64,000 bases of DNA from Ostrea edulis (taxonomy: Eukaryota): positions 100,564,001 through 100,628,000 of the forward strand of contig NC_079164.1 of NCBI RefSeq assembly GCF_947568905.1. The letters are read 5' to 3'. Position 1 is the first letter of the stretch; every line of letters begins with the position of its first letter. The notes beneath the pieces were generated by a model. The model ran no database searches, was not told the origin of the DNA, and saw nothing but the letters and a program-made list of their open reading frames with translations. Below are positions 10,283-20,600 of the stretch, in pieces. Position numbers and translations under genes: made by a program.

Positions 10283-13200
10283 AAAGCGCATGGAACCACA
10301 CGGCAGACAACACAACCAGGCAGGCTAAATAGGCACGTGAATACTGTTTCTCAAGGCACCAGCAGTAAAGTGCGTATTCCTGAGACGAGACAAGCGGCAC
10401 TGATGGGTAATAAAGGATCCAGCCCTCAAATGATGACAATGATGCCAGGATATTTTCTCTCGAAATTTCCCTCAACTCGAGCGACGATGGCGCCTGGAAT
10501 TCAGAGAAGCAGTTTAGGAAGTCCACATCCATTTAATACGAATGAACCTCGACACGGAGTGGTAGGGTTCTTAATGCAAACTACCCCTTCCCCGAGATTA
10601 AAGATGATACAATCCGTGAGTGCAATTGTCAGAAAGGAATTTGTTCCCCCAGCTCAAGAGAGAATACCCATAAAACGTTCAGATCAGCCTTCGCATTCAG
10701 TGACTGTTAACTCGCCTTTCCGACAGCTAGTAAATTCACGTGGTACTGAAATTTCACAAACACCCTCATCCAATACCCTGCAAAACGGACCGTTTTCCCC
10801 GCGAGGTTTTCCAGGAAGAGTGAAACATACACATGTTTATAATAATTTACAAAACGCACGTATTCAGCAACAGGGAAAGGAGCATGCCCATACTTCTCCG
10901 TCCAATGTTTTACAAAATGGTAATAGTAACCAGCACTCATTATCATCAAGAACAGGACCTCCGCGAACCCCACCTAATGTTTCACAAAATCTGCCTGTTC
11001 AACAGCACATGTCAAGAGTAAAGGATGTGAAAACTTCATCTCGAATTGTTCAAAATCCTCAGCATCAACCGTCACAAAAAATGAAGCATGTAAAAATGTC
11101 ATTATTTCATGCCTTGCAAAGTCCTTCATTTGCTCCCCAAAATGCACCACAGAATAGAATTGACAATGCACAAACTTCTGTTGTCTCACATAACCAGCCT
11201 GCTTCCAAGAATACTGTACCAATAACTAAGAAGCATGGTCAGACTGCTGTTAAAATGCAAAATCAAAGTGGCCATCAGCTTTCAACACCCATAAGAGCTG
11301 GACATACGCAAACATCATCCAATGTTGTACAGAATCCGCCTGTTCTTCAACATATACCACCAAGAGCGCAAACGTTAACCAGTGTCTATCAGAACCCATC
11401 TAATCTACGTCATGTTTTACCACGAAAAATTAAACATACAAATGATCCTTTACATTCAATACCAACCCATTCGCAACAACTAGTAAATTCCCGTGGTACT
11501 GAAATTTCGCAAACGTCCTCATCTAATAACGGACCGTTTTCCTCGCAAGGATTTCTTGGAGGAGTGAAACATACACATGTATCTAATAATTTACAAAACG
11601 CACGTATTCAGCAAGATGTTCAGCAACAGGGAAAGGAGCATGTCCATGCTTCTCCATCCAATGTTTTACAAAATGGTGGTAGAATCCACCACTCTTCATC
11701 CTCGGGAATAGAGCCTCCGCAAAACTTATTAGATTTTTTACAAAGTTTACCTACTGCACACCAGGTACCAGGATTGAGGGATGTACAAACCTCATCTAGA
11801 ATGTTTCGAAACTCATCTATCCCCCAGTATGACCCACCACGAAAAATAGAGCAAGTGCGAACTCCGTCATATAATGCCTCAAAAACTCATTTAACTGTTC
11901 CCCATAAAGTAGCATCGTCATCAAGAATTAGAGATGCACCGACTTCATATGCTGTTCCACAAAATCTTGTTCCCCAAACAGTGACACCAAGGAGTATGGG
12001 GCATTCACAAACTTCGTCCACTGGCTTGCGAAAACCACCTTTTCCCCAACATGAAGCTCCACAAAGAAATGAACGTACTCAAACACTATCAAACATTTTT
12101 CAAACTACACTTAATCCACAGAAGTCAACAATGAAAATGGAACAGGCAAAAACGGCACCACCCTATGATTTATCGACTTCACATACTTCAAGACATGTTT
12201 CACCTCAAGGAATGGAGCATAGGACTAAGGCCTTACAAACTCCAAGCATTTCAAATCGTTTAGCATCTGACAAAAAGAATCCTCATGATATTTCTTCATC
12301 AAGTGTTATTCGAAATCAACATACTTCCCAAAATCAAATAAAGATGGAGAATTCACACACTTTATCATCTAACATTATACGAAAGCTTCCAGTTTACCAG
12401 AATGTTGCAGCACGAAAAATGGAACCCCGACAAACTAAAAGTGCGCTAATTTCATCCACCAATATTGTTGAAAGCATCCCTTTTCCCCTGCAAGAAACTA
12501 GACGAGTAAAGGAACCAAGGGGGATAAGACATGCTCAGACTTCGCCGTCTAATGCGCTATACACCTCACCTATTCCGAATTCTCTAACACCAGGAAGAGT
12601 AGAATGGACTCAGAAAACGTCACCTAATTCATTAATTAATGGACGTCAGGAGAATGTAGCACCAAAAGGAGTAGAAAATGCGCATATATCAAATTCCAAT
12701 ATATTGCTTAACTTGCTAGTCGACCAGCAAGAATTACCACAAGGAATGAAGAATGCTCAAATTTCATCAGCTAATATCATACGACACTTGCCTGTCGACC
12801 AACAAGTATTACCACGAAGAATGAAACATAAACAAATTTCATCGGCTAATATCGTCCGATACTTGCCAATCGATGAACGAGCACCACGGCGACAAATGAG
12901 ACACGTGCAATTTTCATCATTCAGTAACGTGCAAATTCCAAATATTCCCAAGCAGATGAAATCTCGAGAAATTAATAATATGCAATTTTCACCACCAAAT
13001 ACTTTATCAAACGTGCCGGTCCGACAAGAAGCAATTGCAAAAGAAATTGCGGCTGTGCAAACTCCATCTTCGCAAAAGAGAGCTATTCAGACTAAGCAGC
13101 AACAGAAACGACAAGTTATATCCAATTCGCAACTTGGGGAACAAGCCAACAGCAAAGTCCAAACTACTAGCCATAGAAAGCAAAGAGGTTTGCCCAAAGC

Positions 13201-14713
13201 GCAACCAGTTCCTACAATAATTAATGGTAAGAAATATATGGTAAACCCGTTGTTTATTGGTCTCCTAAAGAATTACTTTGCAAACGCAGGCCTTGATATG
13301 AAAACAGGACATTCTAAAAGCGCAAACGGAAAGAAGACTGCCCAAAATGTGAATATGATTGACAAGAAACAGAGATTTCAAACGAAGTCTCAAGGAAAAC
13401 GCAATGAGATAAAAATGTCAGATACTCAAACGAATAATGGAGGAGTGGGAAAGGGACAAAATCCATTTCCAACAAGAAATGTAATACAAGCACGGATCCT
13501 CAACGAATCGTCTGTGAACAATCAAAAAACACAAACTCAAGACATGAAAACTACCAGAAAAATAGATATAGGTGCGCACCCTAGTACAAAAATTCCCAAT
13601 GCTAGATATACCACTAAAGCAACTACTCATCCATACAGTTCATCGTTAAGTAACGATTATTCAAAAAAGACCACCCAACCACACACGCCGTATGTACACA
13701 CTATTCGTGTTACAAGTACAACCACAAAACCAACGACTGCGTGGAATACAGCGAGAATGAGAAGTACACCTCCACCTTCATCCATTCCCAAACCCTCACA
13801 ACCACAAAGTGTGATAAAAACTACTACACATACAACCATAAAACCGCCATTACCAGTTACACAGACAACAACCACTGCACCTAAGAGGAGAAAGGCACTC
13901 TTGATGCCCTTCAGGAAGATGCCTGTAAAACAGATGATAACCCAACCTATTACAAAACCAACACCATATCTTCCGACCCCAATTATTCACAGAATCCCAA
14001 GCGCTTCCAATGCTAATATATCAACAACATTATCTCAGAATCTCTCTACAAATACTCCGAGGACATTTACCAAAGAACCAACGATACATGCAAAGGATGC
14101 TACCACTACACGTTCCACATACCCTTCCATGACCAAGGTAACGACATATGCACCTACATTAACTTTCCAACCTTCTGGAGGGACACAGACTGTTATTGAT
14201 ACACCATTAAAGCCGGAAACACAGCTTTCTAATCCATTCAATGATAGTTCATCGATTAATAATACAAGCTCTACGACGAAAGTCGTTCCTTCAGTAAAGA
14301 CCACCACTCCCCCTGGGTCTACACCCAAAGGCATTACCGTGGCAAAGAATACCACTCTTTCTGGTTCAAACAAACTACGGACGCCGGATCAATTATCTAA
14401 TCCTTCACAGAAGCAGACCCAAAAGAAGACAGAGCCAAAGGGAAAAAGAAAGGAACAGACAACTAGTCCCATCGACATTCCAAAGAAGAAACCCGTGAAC
14501 GTACGACTTGGATTCGAACTCAATCATTTTAGGCATACTGATATGAAATCTCAAAAGGAAAGTAATAAACTGATCGATGGTGAAGGAGTATTATTTGGTG
14601 ATATTTTTAGATACAGTAATGGATTGCATCCTTCCGGGAGGGTAGGAGTTCATAAAGGTTTTGCTGGATTCAACAACCGCGTAAACGACGTGGAATTATT
14701 AGTGTTGAGGTAG
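10283..14713 (+). CDS. Exon 2 (4431 nt) of an orphan secreted Q/S/T/P/N/H-rich protein, about 1500 aa in total, with a Thr/Pro mucin-like C-terminal third
   Basis: 4.4 kb stop-free in AT-rich DNA; ttcctttttcag acceptor just after an in-frame TGA (10268); AATAAA at 14875. Confidence 0.85.
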   Translation, partial: KAHGTTRQTTQPGRLNRHVNTVSQGTSSKVRIPETRQAALMGNKGSSPQMMTMMPGYFLSKFPSTRATMAPGIQRSSLGSPHPFNTNEPRHGVVGFLMQTTPSPRLKMIQSVSAIVRKEFVPPAQERIPIKRSDQPSHSVTVNSPFRQLVNSRGTEISQTPSSNTLQNGPFSPRGFPGRVKHTHVYNNLQNARIQQQGKEHAHTSPSNVLQNGNSNQHSLSSRTGPPRTPPNVSQNLPVQQHMSRVKDVKTSSRIVQNPQHQPSQKMKHVKMSLFHALQSPSFAPQNAPQNRIDNAQTSVVSHNQPASKNTVPITKKHGQTAVKMQNQSGHQLSTPIRAGHTQTSSNVVQNPPVLQHIPPRAQTLTSVYQNPSNLRHVLPRKIKHTNDPLHSIPTHSQQLVNSRGTEISQTSSSNNGPFSSQGFLGGVKHTHVSNNLQNARIQQDVQQQGKEHVHASPSNVLQNGGRIHHSSSSGIEPPQNLLDFLQSLPTAHQVPGLRDVQTSSRMFRNSSIPQYDPPRKIEQVRTPSYNASKTHLTVPHKVASSSRIRDAPTSYAVPQNLVPQTVTPRSMGHSQTSSTGLRKPPFPQHEAPQRNERTQTLSNIFQTTLNPQKSTMKMEQAKTAPPYDLSTSHTSRHVSPQGMEHRTKALQTPSISNRLASDKKNPHDISSSSVIRNQHTSQNQIKMENSHTLSSNIIRKLPVYQNVAARKMEPRQTKSALISSTNIVESIPFPLQETRRVKEPRGIRHAQTSPSNALYTSPIPNSLTPGRVEWTQKTSPNSLINGRQENVAPKGVENAHISNSNILLNLLVDQQELPQGMKNAQISSANIIRHLPVDQQVLPRRMKHKQISSANIVRYLPIDERAPRRQMRHVQFSSFSNVQIPNIPKQMKSREINNMQFSPPNTLSNVPVRQEAIAKEIAAVQTPSSQKRAIQTKQQQKRQVISNSQLGEQANSKVQTTSHRKQRGLPKAQPVPTIINGKKYMVNPLFIGLLKNYFANAGLDMKTGHSKSANGKKTAQNVNMIDKKQRFQTKSQGKRNEIKMSDTQTNNGGVGKGQNPFPTRNVIQARILNESSVNNQKTQTQDMKTTRKIDIGAHPSTKIPNARYTTKATTHPYSSSLSNDYSKKTTQPHTPYVHTIRVTSTTTKPTTAWNTARMRSTPPPSSIPKPSQPQSVIKTTTHTTIKPPLPVTQTTTTAPKRRKALLMPFRKMPVKQMITQPITKPTPYLPTPIIHRIPSASNANISTTLSQNLSTNTPRTFTKEPTIHAKDATTTRSTYPSMTKVTTYAPTLTFQPSGGTQTVIDTPLKPETQLSNPFNDSSSINNTSSTTKVVPSVKTTTPPGSTPKGITVAKNTTLSGSNKLRTPDQLSNPSQKQTQKKTEPKGKRKEQTTSPIDIPKKKPVNVRLGFELNHFRHTDMKSQKESNKLIDGEGVLFGDIFRYSNGLHPSGRVGVHKGFAGFNNRVNDVELLVLR

Positions 14714-14874
14714 CTGCTCCTTTTGGTATCAATGCGCTATATGATATATAGGACACAGATGATGATGGGTTACGGTTTCACGGGAAAAGGTGGAAGATTA
14801 ATTGTTTCTCTATTGTTGATGTGCCTCCGTGCAACTCCGTGTAAGCTTGTGCAGATTCGTACTAATAGATATCC

Positions 14875-14880
14875 AATAAA
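14875..14880 (+). terminator. Candidate polyadenylation signal AATAAA
   Basis: Located about 160 nt after the stop of the large exon. Confidence 0.45.
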
Positions 14881-14989
14881 TCATTTAACTGTACTAGTTA
14901 TGTTTTTAATAGAGAGAAAATACACGACACCACAACTCTCCTTACAATGCTGCATGGTGTACCCCTCCTTTCTGTTCATACATTAATGC

Positions 14990-16570
14990 TGGTCATCTTA
15001 TCTGTATATACTGGGAAACATTTAATCATGTGCATTTTATCTATGTATACTAGGAAACATTTTATTTGTGTCTACTAGGAAACCTTTAATGCTGAATATT
15101 TTATCTTTGTCTACTTGGAAACATTTAATGCTGAATATTTTATCTGTGTCTACTAGGAAACATTTAAAACTGAATATTTTAACTGTGTTTACTAGGAATC
15201 ATTTAATGCTGGCCATTTTATCCGTGTTCATTGGGACACATTTAATGCTAATCTTTTCTGTGTATATTGGATACATGTAATGTTGGGCATTTTATCTACT
15301 TATATTGGGGCATATTTGATGCTGAATATTTTAATTGTGTACTCTGCGGAAACGTTTAATGCTGAGCATTTTATCTGTGTCTACGAAAAGTTTAATGCTG
15401 GATATTTATCTTTGTCTACTAGGAAACATTTAATACTGGATATTTTACCCATGTCTGCATGGAAATATTTCATCCGGGCATTTTACCAATTTAACCAAGA
15501 TACATCTAATCCTGGGCATTTTATCTGCGTTGCTTGGAACACCTTTAATGCTAAAAATCGTTTCTGTGTATACTGGGATCTTTTCTGTGTATACTTGGCA
15601 TGTATCTGTGTGTATGCTGGATACATGTAATGTTGGCCATTTTATCTTCTTATACTGGGAAATATTTGAAGCTAAACATTTTAACTGTGTACTCTGCGGA
15701 AACGTTTAATGCTGGACATTTTATCTGTGTCTACTAGGAAACTTTATCTGTGTCTACTGGAATTTTTTTTATCTGTGTCTACTAGGAAACTTTTTATCTG
15801 TGTCTACAAGGACATTTTTTATCTACGTCTACTAGGAAACTTTTTATCTGTGTCTATTAGGAAACTTTTTATCTACGTCTACTAGGAAACTTTTTATCTG
15901 TGTCTATTAGGAAACTTTTTATCTACGTCTACTAGGAAATTTTTTATCTGTGTCTACTAGGACACTTTTTATCTGTGTCTACTAGGACACTTTTTATCTG
16001 TGTCTATAAGGAAACTTTTTATCTACGTCTACTAGGAAACTTTTTATCTGTGTCTATTAGGAAACTTTTTATCTACGTCTACTAGGAAACTTTTTATCTG
16101 TGTCTACTAGGACACTTTTTATCTGTGTCTACTAGGACACTTTTTATCTGCGACTACTAGGAAACTTTTTATCTACGTCTACTGGCAAATATTTAATACT
16201 TTGATCTGTGTCCACTGGGAAATAGTTAATACTAATAATCTTATCTGGGCATTTTATCTGTGTATATTGGGAAATATTTAATACTGGGTATTGTATCTGC
16301 GTATAATGGGAAACATTTAATATTGGGCATTTTATCTTTGTTTACTAGGAACTATCTAATACTGGAAATATATCTATGTATATTGGGAACCATTTAATCC
16401 CGGGTATTTTATCTACATTTAATACTGGGCATTTTATCTATGTATATTTGAAAACATTCAATACTGGGTATTTTATCTGTGTTTACTGGAAAATACTTGT
16501 ATTCATAGTAAGACATTTTATCTATGAATGCTGGGAAACATTTACTGCTGGACATTTAATTTGTTTATAC
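14990..16570. repeat. Degenerate 37-39-bp tandem repeat with a homogeneous 24-25-bp core (TTTTTATCTGTGTCTACTAGGAAAC) at about 15720-16185
   Basis: Recurrent atttaatgctg...ttttatctgtgtctactaggaaac units; 350-bp higher-order duplication (15269 vs 15619). Confidence 0.85.
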
Positions 16571-17099
16571 TGCTTGTTTGAATTTGACAGCAAAAAGTTG
16601 ATCAGATACAATCTCTATGTCAATATGACCCTCTGACATTGATACATCAGAAGACATGTATCTTGATAAAGTGATTGTGCCCCCAGGCAGGAATTAATTT
16701 GATTTTTTCCATTACAATGTTATATCGAGAAAATGTTCCAATGATATTGCAAGTTGATGGGTTTTCATCCTTTTCTTTTAGAGTTTTGATCTTGCATAAG
16801 ATAAGCCTTTGTTTATGTCATCATACACCTTAGTTGAATTGCATATTCATAGAAATACTGCACACAACATATTATTGACACAAACGATATTTCTACCAAA
16901 CCCTTGACAGATTAAGTTGAAATTTCCATTTGAATATAAAAACTCTGCATGGCTCCATGAACAATTGCATGATCCAATGAACTTCATCGTCTTATTCAAT
17001 ACCAGATAACGACACGTGTTCCAACACACACTCAACCATAAGCTGGTATAGGTAATGGGGGACCCCCTAGGGATCTTTGCAAGCAAGTAGTTTTTGAAA

Positions 17100-17600
17100 A
17101 TACATAGTCCCTTGATTATAAATCAGGTTGTTTTTTTACTTTCTAAAGGGGGCGTTTACGAGTTTTGGGAAAAAAGAACACCATGAAATTTGTACAAATA
17201 ATATACATGTAGATGAAAACTATAAAAAAAAAAAATCTTCACATCCGATATAGATGGCATTGACATTTGCGAACAAGTATGTTTTGAACGTATGTAACCA
17301 TTTGATTATATATCAAGTTGTTTGACATAAATATGTCGGGGCATTTACGAGGTTTTGGGGGCTTAAACATGATTTGTTTTCTTTAAAATTCGCCGAAAAA
17401 TGGAAAACCTCTTTAGATCCTTTATAGATAATATGGACCTTTGAAAACAATTATTTCATGGAAGTATGTGACCCTTTAATTATAAATCAGATGGTTTGCA
17501 TTGAGATCTTTTCGGGTTTTTAGGCAAAAACGTTGTTAAAAAATGAAAACACTTCTAGAATCCTACAAACACAATATGGACATCAGAAACATGTAACACA
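17100..17600. repeat. Highly degenerate 175-190-bp periodic repeat, possibly satellite or Helitron-associated
   Basis: ttgattataaatcaggttgttt-like motif recurs near 17112, 17301 and 17476. Confidence 0.35.
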
Positions 17601-17607
17601 TTGCAAA

Positions 17608-20600
17608 TAGCAGTTTCAAGCCTCGGTAACTTCTCCAATCACCTATCATGTTTAATAGTGTAATTTATTTAGCAGTTTCAAGCCTCTGTAAGTAACTTCT
17701 CCAATCACCTATCATGTTTAATAGTGTAATTTATTTAGCAGTTTCAAGCCTCAGTAACTTCTCCAATCACCTATCATGTTTAATAGTGTAATTTATTTAG
17801 CAGTTTCAAGCCTCAGTAACTTCTCCAATCACCTATCATGTTTAATAGTGTAATTTATTTAGCAGTTTCAAGCCTCAGTAACTTCTCCAATCACCTATCA
17901 TGTTTACTAGTGTAATTTATTTAGCAGTTTCAAGCCTCAGTAACTTCTCCAATCACCTATCATGTTTAATAGTGTAATTTATTTAGCAGTTTCAAGCCTC
18001 AGTAACTTCTCCAATCACCTATCATGTTTAATAGTGTAATTTATTTAGCAGTTTCAAGCCTCTGTAAGTAACTTCTCCAATCACCTATCATGTTTAATAG
18101 TGTAATTTATTTAGCAGTTTCAAGCCTCAGTAACTTCTCTAATCACCTATCATGTTTACTAGTGTAATTTATTTAGCAGTTTCAAGCCTCTGTAACTTCT
18201 CCAATCACCTATCATGTTTAATAGTGTAATTTATTTAGCAGTTTCAAGCCTCAGTAACTTCTCCAATCACCTATCATGTTTAATAGTGTAATTTATTTAG
18301 CAGTTTCAAGCCTCTGTAAGTAACTTCTCCAATCACCTATCATGTTTAATAGTGTAATTTATTTAGCAGTTTCAAGCCTCTGTAAGTAACTTCTCCAATC
18401 ACCTATCATGTTTAATAGTGTAATTTATTTAGCAGTTTCAAGCCTCTGTAAGTAACTTCTCTAATCACCTATCATGTTTACTAGTGTAATTTATTTAGCA
18501 GTTTCAAGCCTCAGTAACTTCTCCAATCACCTATCATGTTTAATAGTGTAATTTATTTAGCAGTTTCAAGCCTCAGTAACTTCTCCAATCACCTATCATG
18601 TTTAATAGTGTAATTTATTTAGCAGTTTCAAGCCTCTGTAAGTAACTTCTCCTATCACCTATCATGTTCAATAGTGTAATTTATTTAGCAGTTTCAAGCC
18701 TCTGTAAGTAACTTCTCCAATCACCTATCATGTTTAATAGTGTAATTTATTTAGCAGTTTCAAGCCTCAGTAACTTCTCCAATCACCTATCATGTTTAAT
18801 AGTGTAATTTATTTAGCAGTTTCAAGCCTCTGTAAGTAACTTCTCCAATCACCTATCATGTTTAATAGTGTAATTTATTTAGCAGTTTCAAGCCTCTGTA
18901 AGTAACTTCTCCAATCACCTATCATGTTTAATAGTGTAATTTATTTAGCAGTTTCAAGCCTCTGTAAGTAACTTCTCCAATCACCTATCATGTTTAATAG
19001 TGTAATTTATTTAGCAGTTTCAAGCCTCTGTAAGTAACTTCTCCAATCACCTATCATGTTTAATATTGTAATTTATTTAGCAGTTTCAAGCCTCTGTAAG
19101 TAACTTCTCCAATCACCTATCATGTTTAATAGTGTAATTTATTTAGCAGTTTCAAACCTCAGTAACTTCTCCAATCACCTATCATGTTTAATAGTGTAAT
19201 TTATTTAGCAGTTTCAAGCCTTTGTAAGTAACTTCTCCAATCACCTATCATGTTTAATAGTGTAATTTATTTAGCAGTTTCAAGCCTCAGTAACTTCTCC
19301 AATCACCTATCATGTTTAATAGTGTAATTTATTTAGCAGTTTCAAGCCTCAGTAACTTCTCCAATCACCTATCATGTTTAATAGTGTAATTTATTTAGCA
19401 GTTTCAAACCTCTGTAAGTAACTTCTCCAATCACCTATCATGTTTAATAGTGTAATTTATTTAGCAGTTTCAAGCCTCTGTAAGTAACTTCTCCAATCAC
19501 CTATCATGTTTAATAGTGTAATTTATTCAGCAGTTTCAAGCCTCAGTAACTTCTCTAATCACCTATCATGTTTACTAGTGTAATTTATTTAGCAGTTTCA
19601 AGCCTCAGTAACTTCTCCAATCACCTATCATGTTTAATAGTGTAATTTATTTAGCAGTTTCAAGCCTCAGTAACTTCTCCAATCACCTATCATGTTTAAT
19701 AGTGTAATTTATTTAGCAGTTTCAAGCCTCAGTAACATCTCCAATCACCTATCATGTTTAATAGTGTAATTTATTTTGCAGTTTCAAGCCTCTGTAAGTA
19801 ACTTCTCCAATCACCTATCATGTTTAATAGTGTAATTTATTTAGCAGTTTCAAGCCTCTGTAAGTAACTTCTCCAATCACCTATCATGTTTAATAGTGTA
19901 ATTTATTTAGCAGTTTCAAGCCTCTGTAAGTAACTTTTCCAATCACCTATCATGTTTAATAGTGTAATTTATTTAGCAGTTTCAAACCTCAGTAACTTCT
20001 CCAATCACCTATCATGTTTAATAGTGTAATTTATTTAGCAGTTTCAAGCCTTTGTAAGTAACTTCTCCAATCACCTATCATGTTTAATAGTGTAATTTAT
20101 TTAGCAGTTTCAAGCCTCAGTAACTTCTCCAATCACCTATCATGTTTAATAGTGTAATTTATTTAGCAGTTTCAAGCCTCAGTAACTTCTCCAATCACCT
20201 ATCATGTTTAATAGTGTAATTTATTTAGCAGTTTCAAGCCTCTGTAACTTCTCCAATCACCTATCATGTTTAATAGTGTAATTTATTTAGCAGTTTCAAG
20301 CCTCAGTAACATCTCCAATCACCTATCATGTTTAATAGTGTAATTTATTTAGCAGTTTCAAGCCTCTGTAAGTAACTTCTCCAATCACCTATCATGTTTA
20401 ATAGTGTAATTTATTTAGCAGTTTCAAGCCTCAGTAACTTCTCCAATCACCTATCATGTTTAATAGTGTAATTTATTTAGCAGTTTCAAGCCTCTGTAAG
20501 TAACTTCTCCAATCACCTATCATGTTTAATAGTGTAATTTATTTAGCAGTTTCAAGCCTCTGTAAGTAACTTCTCCAATCACCTATCATGTTTAATAGTG

